A DNA stretch of 64,000 bases from an uncultured Bacteroidales bacterium (GTDB lineage: Bacteria; Bacteroidota; Bacteroidia; Bacteroidales; WCHB1-69), in contig CAJODA010000001.1 in NCBI GenBank assembly GCA_905233745.1, positions 7,855 to 71,854 on the forward strand. Reading direction: 5' to 3'. The notes under the pieces were generated by a model. The model had not been told where the DNA came from. It did not search any database and worked only from the letters and a program-made list of their open reading frames with translations. Positions 18,201-27,036 of the stretch are shown here, in pieces (within the stretch, counting starts at the first letter, position 1; each line of letters starts with the position of its first letter). The position numbers were made by a program, and so were the translations under genes.

Positions 18201-20077
18201 ACAACATAGCCATTATTGGCAACAATTGTCCCAATGTAATGAACATGCGAACGCTTTCAGTCATGGACACGGCTGTGCTACTTGCTTGGAGCACAGATAG
18301 TACTCTGTTCCCTTCTGGGTACGCAGTGGCGTTTAGACCATCTGGACAAGCCGCTTTTACGATGTATAATACGACCGATACAGTATTGTTGCTACAAGGT
18401 TTGAATCCTGTAACAACATACGAGTGGAAAGTTAGAACGATATGTGGACAGGATGACACCAGCTTTTGGAGTCCAACAGCTTCATTTGCCACTTTGCAAC
18501 CGATTGCACAATTGCCTTATTATTGCGATTTTGAAGATGGTGTTGAAAATGCCCGATGGGCATTGGTTGGCTCGGGTATAAATAAATGGTATATTGGAGG
18601 GGCAGTAAGCAATGGGGGAGATACAGCCATGTATATTTCAAAAGATGGTGGGCAAACGAACACATTTTCTAACACGTCAGGATCTAATACAAGGGCATAT
18701 CGTGACATATACTTCAATCCAGATTTTAAGGAGTATTGTTTGGAATTTGACGCAAGATGTGCGGGAGGAATCCTTTCAGGTGGTTCTGTGTATATTGGCA
18801 GTACAGATAATTATGGCAATGACGCGGTGCCGATTGTTAGTGATCTTAAAGATATTCCTAATTGGACGCATTATATTTTTACACTTGATTCTACCTATGC
18901 AGGAACCAGGCGAATATCATTCAATTGGCGGAATTTTGGAACTGGATTTGATCTGGAGGGTAGTAATCCTCCTGCTGCCATAGATAATCTGGTGGTGAAT
19001 GGGGTTAGATGCAGTAAACCGCATTCTATGGCAGAGACAGGAATCACGTATCAGGCGGCCACACTTTCATGGCAGACTGGTGATATTGGAGTTCCAGCTT
19101 ACTATACGGTAGCATATAAGAAAAGTACTGACAGTGTTTTTTCGGAGGTGACAGTGACAGATACGGTGTGCTCTCTTACAGGGCTTTCTCATAACAGTCG
19201 CTATATGTGGAAAGTGCGGGCTAACTGTACAGGGGATGAGAATAGTGAATGGACGATGGCAAGAGATTTTTCCACTGAATGTGCCCCCATCACTATGATA
19301 CCCTATTATGAGGATTTTGAAAACTATTTTGAAACAGACTATACTAATGAGATTGTACGTCCACGTTGCTGGTATTTTTCCGATACTACTTGGGCATACC
19401 CTGTCATTTTCTTTCCGGGAACAGCAGGCCAGCAAGGGAACCAAGATTATATAGGGAATTCTCAGTCGTTGATGTTTGGGACGGAAAGCCAATATTCGGA
19501 TGTACTTGCTGTGATGCCATCACTTGATGTGGAGTTGCATGATATCCGAATCAAATTCGATATACTGGCAATCCCAAACTCTTCAGCAAATTTGGAAATT
19601 GGCGTAGTGAATGATGATAACCCATCAGATGAGTCGGTCTTTGTGCTCATCCATACCATCAATGTTGTTAATTATCCTAACGATTGGATGGGTGTTGTTG
19701 TTGACTTTGACTCCACCGGACTTTCTGGTAGAGGCAAACACATTGCGTTCCGCTACCAGTCATATGATCCTAATGATTATATTTGGATGGATAATATTGA
19801 GATAAGCCATGTTGATTCGGATTCTGTTGGGATTATGAGTGTGGATAACCGAATAAAATTGTATCCCAATCCGACACACGATAAAATTCATATTGTCAAT
19901 GCGCAGGGCATTGTTCACTATGTGTCTTTGTTTGACTTGTTAGGCAATCAATTGAAACTGACTCGTGTGGGTGATTCTCAGACATGTGTGGATTTGAGTG
20001 GTTATACGCCCGGAGTGTATTTTATCCGTATAGTATCGGATGATGGAATAACAACGCGAAAAGTGGTGAAACAATAG
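15242..20077 (+). CDS. Giant T9SS-secreted surface protein. It has a signal peptide and N-terminal domain, then tandem (FN3 + about 180-aa MAM/adhesin-like beta-sandwich) modules, and a C-terminal Por/T9SS sorting domain.
   Basis: Five FN3 units (..SWS/TWH..Y.V.YR..Y.WKVRA.C). Modules start LPY(F/Y)CGFED and end PPAAIDN. The C-terminal sorting domain is KLYPNPTHDKIHI..LFDLLGNQL..LSGYTPGVYFIRIVSDDGITTRKVVKQ (about 19855-20074). Confidence 0.85.
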   Translation: MKKIILFYLLITIFAIGTKAQSLTVADGTARDRFIPVYGYYMDVVQQSQTLYPASMLTSLVGSYITELTYYFETMPNGSIVTNSWGGIQNIRIGVSTAADLTQGFDTIPVSNVWIGTLSDNIANSQMHITLDHPYLYNGGNLLIEFENPMGANFSDAYFYGQNQSTQLSYMSYVSYDSTLVSHGANFLPKLTIAYDTTGCFPPYYLHVEADHYSAILSWSPSTSDSASAYTIGYRTVTDTFSYMEVTDTFFVLNGLLPKVTYYWRVRANCGGQNTSAWKDASFTTPQIIGQLPYFCGFEDTIENLQWTILNDEYRNVWRFGNAVHQDGNNALYISDNNGLTHHYLVNSNNSSTVWAYRDVYLDTIYTKYDLSFDFLGMGQHNSDYMKVYVGPPATPRLLLSPANSELLGTFSLVEKWQHYHFVLDSTHVGLQRIYFLWTNNPSTGMNPPAAIDNLSVTGLVMPAPLGLSVSDVTTTEATLSWHSEGTPLPTTYTVSYRQYSDTNSTEIIVEDTVCRITGLEISRVYAWKVRANGQGNSSVWSGEILLQTLPVVASVPYNCGFEDTVENNQWRFVNGTNPNRWCIGRAVNHGGGHAMYISDDNGYSYSYTLASSAFLWAYRDIDFDTIYAGHRVSFDCKNYSYYNSYYYGHFKVFIGPPSLPSGSSAPEGAVQLGNDINGQNPWIRPTFLLDSTYRGVKRLYFYWQNSAPSGTNPPAAVDNVKVESFNCAMPENLTTVQIDTGSAILTWHSPIIGTATSYTVAYKLMGDSLFSEVTTMDTFYHFQNLETSTEYVWKVRAHCSSSDESCWSEEKTFITASQFVQLPYYCGFEDSLENRQWRIVNTVDEGWYIGGATSAEGDFSLYISNDGGVSNAVNPYSASTGQKFYAYRDVYFTPGYAEYNVSFDYKGDYDSYGHFRWFISMADAAAPTTSMSEPPGTLYQVYNNSRTDSVWTHYSYTLDSTFQGFKRICFSYSNPINSVQMPAAIDNIAIIGNNCPNVMNMRTLSVMDTAVLLAWSTDSTLFPSGYAVAFRPSGQAAFTMYNTTDTVLLLQGLNPVTTYEWKVRTICGQDDTSFWSPTASFATLQPIAQLPYYCDFEDGVENARWALVGSGINKWYIGGAVSNGGDTAMYISKDGGQTNTFSNTSGSNTRAYRDIYFNPDFKEYCLEFDARCAGGILSGGSVYIGSTDNYGNDAVPIVSDLKDIPNWTHYIFTLDSTYAGTRRISFNWRNFGTGFDLEGSNPPAAIDNLVVNGVRCSKPHSMAETGITYQAATLSWQTGDIGVPAYYTVAYKKSTDSVFSEVTVTDTVCSLTGLSHNSRYMWKVRANCTGDENSEWTMARDFSTECAPITMIPYYEDFENYFETDYTNEIVRPRCWYFSDTTWAYPVIFFPGTAGQQGNQDYIGNSQSLMFGTESQYSDVLAVMPSLDVELHDIRIKFDILAIPNSSANLEIGVVNDDNPSDESVFVLIHTINVVNYPNDWMGVVVDFDSTGLSGRGKHIAFRYQSYDPNDYIWMDNIEISHVDSDSVGIMSVDNRIKLYPNPTHDKIHIVNAQGIVHYVSLFDLLGNQLKLTRVGDSQTCVDLSGYTPGVYFIRIVSDDGITTRKVVKQ
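15838..19290 (+). repeat. Intragenic tandem module array with a period of about 795 nt (about 265 aa)
   Basis: FN3 units start near 15838, 16625, 17423, 18227 and 19010. A divergent terminal beta-sandwich (about 19290-19810) ends IWMDNIEIS. Confidence 0.8.
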
Positions 20078-20094
20078 TCTTTAAGTGGATAGCT

Positions 20095-20478
20095 ATGGAA
20101 AAACTAAATGTACGAATCGACAAATGGCTCTGGATGATGCGCCTGTTCAAGACGCGCTCCATGGCTACGGAAGCCTGCAATGCCGGCAAAGTGAAACTGG
20201 ACGGCACCAATGTGAAGCCCTCGCGTGACGTTCGCACAGAAGAGGTTTATGAGGTGCACATCGGATCGCTGAACAAGACGGTGAAAGTGCTGGGCACACC
20301 CAAGAGCAGAGTGGGAGCACCTTTGGTTCCGCAATACATGGAAGACCTTACCCCGCAGGAGGAGTATGACCGTATGAAGACACTGAAAACGGCAGAATAC
20401 CGTCCGCACGGACTGGGCCGCCCCACCAAGCGCGACCGCCGGCAATTGGAATATGTGAAAAACCAATATATTTTATGA
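20095..20478 (+). CDS. hslR: S4-domain RNA-binding protein (Hsp15/HslR-like ribosome-associated heat shock protein)
   Basis: VRIDKWLWMMRLFKTRSMATEACNAGKVKLDG..KPSRDV. Confidence 0.75.
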   Translation: MEKLNVRIDKWLWMMRLFKTRSMATEACNAGKVKLDGTNVKPSRDVRTEEVYEVHIGSLNKTVKVLGTPKSRVGAPLVPQYMEDLTPQEEYDRMKTLKTAEYRPHGLGRPTKRDRRQLEYVKNQYIL

Positions 20479-21387
20479 CAAATCCAACATCCTCTGTATC
20501 GGCACCAACGCCTTCTGGCGCAGTTCCTCGTCCATGATAAGCTCGGGGGCTTCGTCACAGAGTGCCTGATAGATATTCTCCAGATTATTCTTTTTCATAT
20601 TGATGCAATCGTGCTCCGGCGCACCTTCATACAGCGTGTGGAACACTTTGTCGGGGTTGCGGCGCTGCATCTCGTAGAGGATGCCGCTCTCGGTGACGAC
20701 GATGAACTCCCTGGCATCGTTTTCGCTGATGAAGTTGAGCATGGCGGCGGTGGAGCCGATGAAATCGACCTTCTCCAGCATCTCTCGACGGCACTCTGGG
20801 TGCGCCACCACGATAGCGTTCGGGTGCTCGGCTTTCATCTTCTCCAACTGCTCCACTTCGTAATGGTCGTGCACGCAGCACGCGCCGTCCCACAAAATCA
20901 TCTCGCGACCCGTCATCCGGTTGATGTAGTCGCCCAGATTGCCGTCGGGAACGAAGATGATTTTCTCGTCCTGGAGCAGTTGGTTGACCAGCTTCAAAGC
21001 ATTGCCCGAAGTCACGATGAGGTCGGACAGCGCTTTCACGGCGGCGGAGCAGTTGACGTAGGACAAGACCTTGTAACCCGGATGTTTGGCCTTGTATTCC
21101 GCCAGTTTCTCAGCCTTGCAGCTGTCAGCCAAGGAGCAGCCTGCGCTCATGTCGGGCACCAGCACCTTCTTGGTGGGGTTCAGTATCTTGGCGGTTTCGG
21201 CCATGAAATGCACACCGGCGAAAAGAATGATGTCGGCATCGGTTTCGGCGGCCTTGCGCGCCAGTCCTAAGCTGTCGCCCACAAAGTCGGCCACCTCCTG
21301 CACTTCCGGAAGAGTATAATAATGCGCCAGAATAATGGCATTCTTCTCTTTCTTTAAAGTCTCAATTTGTTGTTTTAAGGTACTCAT
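20473..21387 (-). CDS. nadA: Quinolinate synthase
   Basis: AIILAHYYTLPEVQEVADFVGDSL..FAGVHFMAETAKILNP..GCSLADSC..VSYVNCSA..HPEC. The start at 21387 (MSTLKQ) places the -7 box upstream. Confidence 0.9.
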   Translation of the reverse strand: MSTLKQQIETLKKEKNAIILAHYYTLPEVQEVADFVGDSLGLARKAAETDADIILFAGVHFMAETAKILNPTKKVLVPDMSAGCSLADSCKAEKLAEYKAKHPGYKVLSYVNCSAAVKALSDLIVTSGNALKLVNQLLQDEKIIFVPDGNLGDYINRMTGREMILWDGACCVHDHYEVEQLEKMKAEHPNAIVVAHPECRREMLEKVDFIGSTAAMLNFISENDAREFIVVTESGILYEMQRRNPDKVFHTLYEGAPEHDCINMKKNNLENIYQALCDEAPELIMDEELRQKALVPIQRMLDLS

Positions 21388-21411
21388 AGGGAGGAGTTTG
21401 TTTTGACTTTG

Positions 21412-21419
21412 CAAAAATA
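21412..21419 (-). promoter_or_regulatory. Bacteroides-type -7 box for nadA
   Basis: The plus strand reads CAAAAATA, 25 nt upstream of the 21387 start. Confidence 0.5.
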
Positions 21420-21556
21420 CTCATTTTTTGAAAAAAACATCATGGAAGTACAGGTAATCAAACCTGTTAGAAAGAATCCGTCCACATGGGATTATCCCGA
21501 TAAGCTTAATCGGGAAGATATAATAACAGTTACTGTCTGAATTCGCTTATTTTTTG

Positions 21557-21564
21557 TATCTTTG
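21557..21564 (+). promoter_or_regulatory. Bacteroides-type -7 box (TAtcTTTG) for the KS/ACP lipid cluster
   Basis: ttttgTATCTTTGcgcc, 40 nt upstream of the ATG at 21604. Confidence 0.5.
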
Positions 21565-21603
21565 CGCCTTATTCCAAATTAGGTGTCAAGTATTCATAAG
21601 TGT

Positions 21604-23373
21604 ATGATTTACAGCATAGGTGACAGCATCATTTCCCCGCTTGCCATGACCAGTCGCAGCAACTTTGAGGCTGTGCTTCGGGGCGAGAGCCGACTCCAGT
21701 TTCAGGAACACGCCTTCGGGTTGCCGGAGCCCTGTTTCATCTCCCTGTTTGAGGACGAAAAACTGGACAGTGCCTTCAGTGCACTCTCCGACCTGGGCAC
21801 CGATGGATACACCAAGGTGGAGAAAGCTGCCATTGTGGCAGCCAGCCAGGCCATCGCAGAAGCCAACATCTCCGCCGACAGTAACGACGTGATCTTCATC
21901 CTTTCCACAACCAAAGGCAATGTGGATTTGCTGGCGAACAACCCATACGAGCCTGAGCGCCCCTACTTGTGGCGTTCGGCGCAAATTATCGCCAGCTTCT
22001 TCAACAACCCCAACATGCCTGTCGTGGTCAGCAACGCTTGCATCTCCGGATGCGCCGCCCAAATCACAGCCAGCAATCTTCTGAACGCCGGCCTCTACAA
22101 ATACGCTGTGGTCATCGGAGCGGAAACACTCTCCAAGTTCGTCATCTCCGGGTTCCAGTCGTTCAAGGCCCTCTCACCTGAGCGCTGCAAACCTTTTGAC
22201 GCTAACCGCCGCGGGCTGAACCTCGGCGAGGCCGCCGCCGCTATAGTCTATACCCGGGCCACCGAGGACACCATCTTGCCCGAAAACGCCCTGATATTAC
22301 GCGCCGGGGCCATCAACAACGACGCCAACCACATTTCCGGACCCTCCCGTACCGGCGAAGGCCTGTTCAGAGCCATCCAAAAGAGCATCTGCGATTTCGA
22401 CACTTCAAAGCTGGCATTCATCAATGCCCACGGCACTGCTACGCCATACAACGACGACATGGAGTCCGTGGCCATCAACCGCGCCGGGCTGCAAGATATC
22501 CCCGTCAACAGCCTGAAAGGCTACTTCGGACACACCTTGGGCGCCGCCGGCGTGCTGGAGACCATTATGGCTCACCAAGCGCTGAAGCACCATACCGTTC
22601 TCAAGACATTGGGAACCGACGAGCCCGGCACCACCATGCCCGTCAACGTGTCCATGCAAAACCAAACCACGGACGGCAACACATTCATGAAACTGATTTC
22701 CGGATTTGGGGGCAGCAACGCGGCATTATTGATGGAAAACAACCGAAATAACAATATGTCGGTTGAGACGCACGGCCGTGCGTCTCAACCACAACAATCG
22801 GAGAAACCGACAATTTCCGTCATTTCCCGATGCGAAATCACGGATGATGCGGTCATTCTGAACGGGCAAACCATCGTGAGCATAAACGCGGACAGTACCA
22901 ACTGGCTGGCTGACATTTACCACAAAATCGGCATGGCTTACCCCAAATTCTTCAAGATGGACAACTTGTGCAAAGCAGGCACTCTGGCTGCGGAAATACT
23001 GCTTCGCGATGTGGACTTCGACCGCGAGACCGTCAAACCTGACTGGGCCGTGCTACTGATGAACAGCGCCTCTTCCTTGGATGACGACCGCCACTACCAG
23101 ACCACCATTCAAGATCCGGCCAACTACTACCCCAGCCCAGCTGTTTTTGTCTATACCTTAGCCAATATCGTAACCGGTGAGATAGCCATCCGCCACAGAA
23201 TCGGTGGGGAAAGCGCATTCTTCATCTATCCGGAATACATCCACGAACAATTGGAGAGATCGGTGGCGGTAACCTTTGCCGCAAATCCGGAGTTCACCCA
23301 CATTATCTGCGGATGGGTGGACTATGATGACGGGCACTGCAACGTAAATATGGAACTATACACTAACAAATAA
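21604..23373 (+). CDS. Beta-ketoacyl synthase fused to a C-terminal domain of about 190 aa resembling the N-terminal half of a KS (partner or chain-length-factor-like)
   Basis: Cys-His-His triad contexts VVSNACISGCAA, INAHGTATPYND, GYFGHTLGAAG. The C-terminal part is ..DNLCKAGTLAAEILL..PAVFVYTLANIVTGEIAIRH.. The ATG at 21604 is preferred over the GTG at 21583. Confidence 0.8.
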   Translation: MIYSIGDSIISPLAMTSRSNFEAVLRGESRLQFQEHAFGLPEPCFISLFEDEKLDSAFSALSDLGTDGYTKVEKAAIVAASQAIAEANISADSNDVIFILSTTKGNVDLLANNPYEPERPYLWRSAQIIASFFNNPNMPVVVSNACISGCAAQITASNLLNAGLYKYAVVIGAETLSKFVISGFQSFKALSPERCKPFDANRRGLNLGEAAAAIVYTRATEDTILPENALILRAGAINNDANHISGPSRTGEGLFRAIQKSICDFDTSKLAFINAHGTATPYNDDMESVAINRAGLQDIPVNSLKGYFGHTLGAAGVLETIMAHQALKHHTVLKTLGTDEPGTTMPVNVSMQNQTTDGNTFMKLISGFGGSNAALLMENNRNNNMSVETHGRASQPQQSEKPTISVISRCEITDDAVILNGQTIVSINADSTNWLADIYHKIGMAYPKFFKMDNLCKAGTLAAEILLRDVDFDRETVKPDWAVLLMNSASSLDDDRHYQTTIQDPANYYPSPAVFVYTLANIVTGEIAIRHRIGGESAFFIYPEYIHEQLERSVAVTFAANPEFTHIICGWVDYDDGHCNVNMELYTNK

Positions 23374-23403
23374 GAATTGAGCATTTATTTAAACAATTAT
23401 TCT

Positions 23404-23661
23404 ATGGAAAATTTAATTTTAGAACTGAAGGAAGAAATTATCGAAGTGTTGAACCTGGAGGGAATGACCCCTGCTGATATAGACGAGAATGCGCCTCTGT
23501 TTGGCGAAGGTCTCGGTTTGGACTCCATTGACGCCCTGGAACTCATTGTACTGATGGAGAAGAATTACGGCATCAAGCTGGCCAACGCCAATGAGGGCAA
23601 AGAAATCTTCAAATCCGTCCGCGTGATGGCTGAATACATCAAGGAACACAGAACGAAATAG
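23404..23661 (+). CDS. Acyl carrier protein
   Basis: 85 aa with the phosphopantetheine attachment motif GLGLDSIDALELIV. Confidence 0.85.
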   Translation: MENLILELKEEIIEVLNLEGMTPADIDENAPLFGEGLGLDSIDALELIVLMEKNYGIKLANANEGKEIFKSVRVMAEYIKEHRTK

Positions 23662-23664
23662 TAA

Positions 23665-25962
23665 ATGAACAACATTGTCGTCACCGGCACCGGCATTATC
23701 ACCTCACTTGGGGTGGGCAAAGAGGAGACCCTGCGCAAGCTGAAGGCTGGTCAAAGGGCCATCGGCCCTATCCGGCATATCCGCACCAAGCATTGCGACC
23801 TGCCAGTAGGCGAGGTTTCATGCAGCGACGAGGAGTTGAAAGCCCTTATCGGCTATCGCGAGCCAGGCATCATTACGCGCACCTCACTATTGGGACGTGT
23901 GGCGCTGAAAGAGGCACTGGAGGAGGCACATCTGAGCGGTGAGACCGGCCAGCGCATCGCTTTCATATCCGGCAACACCGTCGGCGGTATGGAAAAGAGC
24001 GAACAGTATTATCATGATTTTCTGAACAACTGCGAAAAGAATGAATACATCGCCATGCACGATTGCGGTGCCTGCACCGATGTCATGGCCAAGGAGTTCT
24101 CCGGCCGCTTCGACCTCATCACCACCATATCCACCGCCTGCTCCTCCGCGGCCAACGCCGTAATCCTAGGTGCAAACCTCCTCAAGGAGGGGCGCGCAGA
24201 CATAGCTGTGGTGGGCGGGACCGAGTGTCTGTCCAAGTTCCACATCAACGGGTTCAACACGCTGATGATTCTGGACAAAGAACCGTGCCGTCCGTTCGAC
24301 GCAAACCGAAAGGGTCTGAATCTGGGCGAAGGGGCCGCATATCTGGTTATAGAGACGGAAGAATCGGCCCGCCGGCGCAATGCCAAAGCCATCTGCCGGC
24401 TCTCCGGTTATGGTAATGCGTGCGATGCCTTCCACCAAACGGCCACGTCACCCAATGGCGAAGGAGCCTTCCTGGCTATGACGCAGGCACTCAAAAGCAG
24501 TGGCCTGACCGCAGCTGACATTGACTATATCAACGCACATGGCACCGGCACCGGCAACAACGACGAATGCGAGGGCATCGCCATGATGCGCGTGTTCGGC
24601 GACAAAGTCCCTCCCGTTTCCTCCACCAAATCATACACCGGCCATACCACCAGTGCCGCCGGCGGCGTGGAGAGCGTCATCTCCATTCTAGCCCTAACCC
24701 ACAGCTTCATTCCCGCCAACCTTGGCTTTGAAGAGGGCATCGAAGGGCACAATTTCAAACCCGTCGACCACGTCATGGAGAACGTGGAACTCAAACATAT
24801 CCTCACTAACTCGTTCGGCTTTGGAGGCAACGACTCCTCCTGCATCTTCTCCGCTATTCATGAGTCACCCACACCATCCTCTTCGGAGGTCTTGACTAAT
24901 GATAACCGGTGCTACATCCAGTCTGCCGCCCAAATATCTCTGCAACAACCTCTCGGTGAGGAATGGTTCCAAAACCCCATCATCCCGACTGAGGCATACA
25001 ATGAAAGCATAGAGCCTGATTATGGCAAATACATTCCGCCGATGGCAGCCAGGCGCATGGGCAAACTGCTGAAACGCGCGGTAGCCACCGCCGTGGAAGC
25101 GCTCGGCGGCCACCCGCTACCCGATGCCATCATTACCGGTACCGGATTGGGTTGTATTGCCAACACCGAGAAATTCCTCACAGCCATGCTCGACAACGAC
25201 GAGGAGTTCCTGCAGCCCACCTACTTCATGCAATCCACGCACAACACCATCAGCTCGCAAGTGGCCCTGCACCTCAAATGCCATGGCTACAACTGCACCT
25301 ACTCGCAACGCGGGACCTCCTTTGACAGCAGTCTTCTTGACGCATTCGTGCAGATGAGACTCGGTGCCATTCATAGTGCATTGGTGGGCGGTCAAGAAGA
25401 GATGACTCCCGACTATTTCAGGATGCTGGGCAAAATCGGATACTGGAAAGAGGGCGAAGTCAGCACCCACACCCTCAAGAAAGCCGATAGCATCGGGTCT
25501 CTGTCCGGAAACTGCTCATTAAACATGATGCTCACATCCCGGTCCAATGCCGACACTTTTTGCCAAATCGCCGGAATGGACATGCTATACGAACCCTCCA
25601 TGGAAGAGCTTCTCAACGCCACCAACCGCCTGCTCCGCAAGGCAGGACTTGATGTCTGCGACTTGTCTGCCATCGTGATGGGATTGAGCGGTGATTGTGA
25701 CAACGACCGCGTCTATCGGGAATTCAGAAACGCATGCTGTCCGGAGACACCTGAAGTTTGGTACAAACATCTCTTCGGTGAATCCTTCTGCGCCTCCGCT
25801 TTCGGAGTTTATGCCGGTGCCGTATGTCTTCGCCAAAAACGAATCCCTGCGCACCTGCTCTATGACTTAAGTGAGGATATCATGGCACCTAAACACATAT
25901 TGGTGCATAATCATTTCCATAACAAAGACCATTCTTTAATATTGCTTTCATCATGTCAATAA
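23665..25962 (+). CDS. Fused ketosynthase (FabF-like) plus Cys-less KS-like (chain-length-factor-like) domain
   Basis: N-terminal half has ISTACSSAANAV, INAHGTGTGNNDECE, SYTGHTTSAAGG. The C-terminal half (from about aa 420) is KS-like but reads MQSTHNTISSQ at the position of the nucleophile. Confidence 0.8.
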   Translation: MNNIVVTGTGIITSLGVGKEETLRKLKAGQRAIGPIRHIRTKHCDLPVGEVSCSDEELKALIGYREPGIITRTSLLGRVALKEALEEAHLSGETGQRIAFISGNTVGGMEKSEQYYHDFLNNCEKNEYIAMHDCGACTDVMAKEFSGRFDLITTISTACSSAANAVILGANLLKEGRADIAVVGGTECLSKFHINGFNTLMILDKEPCRPFDANRKGLNLGEGAAYLVIETEESARRRNAKAICRLSGYGNACDAFHQTATSPNGEGAFLAMTQALKSSGLTAADIDYINAHGTGTGNNDECEGIAMMRVFGDKVPPVSSTKSYTGHTTSAAGGVESVISILALTHSFIPANLGFEEGIEGHNFKPVDHVMENVELKHILTNSFGFGGNDSSCIFSAIHESPTPSSSEVLTNDNRCYIQSAAQISLQQPLGEEWFQNPIIPTEAYNESIEPDYGKYIPPMAARRMGKLLKRAVATAVEALGGHPLPDAIITGTGLGCIANTEKFLTAMLDNDEEFLQPTYFMQSTHNTISSQVALHLKCHGYNCTYSQRGTSFDSSLLDAFVQMRLGAIHSALVGGQEEMTPDYFRMLGKIGYWKEGEVSTHTLKKADSIGSLSGNCSLNMMLTSRSNADTFCQIAGMDMLYEPSMEELLNATNRLLRKAGLDVCDLSAIVMGLSGDCDNDRVYREFRNACCPETPEVWYKHLFGESFCASAFGVYAGAVCLRQKRIPAHLLYDLSEDIMAPKHILVHNHFHNKDHSLILLSSCQ

Positions 25963-26309
25963 TTCTTATTATACTGATTGTGGTGCAGTCGGTGCTGCTA
26001 GTAGCCGCTCAGAGCCTGCTGAAAATCTCCGTGGAACTTTTCGGCAAGTTCTCCTGGTCATGGCAGTACTTCAAGACCGTGTTCACCACCTGGCAGTTCG
26101 CAGCGTCGGGCATATGCGCCCTAGCCGCCATGCTCGTTTGGATGTACGTGCTCAAACACTATCAGTTCAGCGTAGCCTACCCGCTACTCTCCATCAGCTA
26201 CATCATCGGACTGTTATCCGCACAATTCATCTTCCATGAGGTCGTTCCCCTCACCCGCTGGATTGGCGTGATTATCGTAATGATTGGCGTGTTTTTCATA
26301 GTAAAATAA
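25953..26309 (+). CDS. Small 4-TM membrane protein (SMR/DMT-like, ArnE/ArnF-sized)
   Basis: 118 aa with four hydrophobic helices. Its start overlaps the KS-CLF stop by 10 nt, consistent with translational coupling. Confidence 0.55.
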   Translation: MSIILIILIVVQSVLLVAAQSLLKISVELFGKFSWSWQYFKTVFTTWQFAASGICALAAMLVWMYVLKHYQFSVAYPLLSISYIIGLLSAQFIFHEVVPLTRWIGVIIVMIGVFFIVK

Positions 26310-26338
26310 CACTGTTACTCGCTTTTAACTGTTCCCCA

Positions 26339-26378
26339 TTCACCCCATTCACCTTTCACCTCATTCACCCCTTTCACC
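26339..26378 (+). repeat. Five TTCACC hexamers spaced 9/7/9/9 nt apart in the spacer upstream of the LolA-like gene
   Basis: ccaTTCACCccaTTCACCtTTCACCtcaTTCACCcctTTCACC. The stretch contains no G. Confidence 0.85.
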
Positions 26379-26385
26379 TAACAAC

Positions 26386-27027
26386 ATGAACCACTCAAAA
26401 ACAATCCTACTGTCCCTCATCGTCCTCCTCCTCGGTGCGCCCTTGTTCGCGCAAGAGGCGGGCAGCACGGAGCTTACCGGCGAGAAGAAAACCGCCTTGG
26501 TAAATTCCATCGATAAGGCACACAAGCAGTTCAGCACTTTGAGTGCAAATTTCACCCAAGAAAAGACCTCCACACTTTTCACGGACAAGGTGGTGCAAAA
26601 GGGGAAAATGCAATACAAGGCTCCCAAACAGTTGCGATGGGAGTACACCTCGCCCAAAGCCATGACCGTTATCTTCACCAACGGAAAAGTGTTGCTGAAG
26701 ACCGAAAAGGGCACCACTGCCAATCCAAACAAGATGCTCGGCGAGATGGGCACCATGATCATCAACACCATAAACGGCAGTTTCTTGAAGGAAAACACCG
26801 ATTTCAAGACCCGCTTTTACAAAAACAAGGCAGGGCAAGTCACCGCCGTGCTCACACCTGTGAACAAGAAAATCAAAGCCTACTATAAAGACATCTCCAT
26901 CGTCTTGAACAGCAGCACCCTTCTGGCAGACACCGTGGTGCTCACCGAAACCAACGGCGATGTAACCACAATCACTTTCACAGACAAGAAGCCCAACACC
27001 ACTCTATCCGATTCCCTGTTCAAATAG
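26386..27027 (+). CDS. LolA-like outer-membrane lipoprotein carrier protein
   Basis: Signal peptide, then FSTLSANFTQEKTSTLFTDKVVQKGKMQYKAPKQLRWEY..KAMTVIFTNGKVLL. LolA-like genes are typical members of aryl-polyene/flexirubin clusters. Confidence 0.75.
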   Translation: MNHSKTILLSLIVLLLGAPLFAQEAGSTELTGEKKTALVNSIDKAHKQFSTLSANFTQEKTSTLFTDKVVQKGKMQYKAPKQLRWEYTSPKAMTVIFTNGKVLLKTEKGTTANPNKMLGEMGTMIINTINGSFLKENTDFKTRFYKNKAGQVTAVLTPVNKKIKAYYKDISIVLNSSTLLADTVVLTETNGDVTTITFTDKKPNTTLSDSLFK

Positions 27028-27036
27028 CCATCCGCC

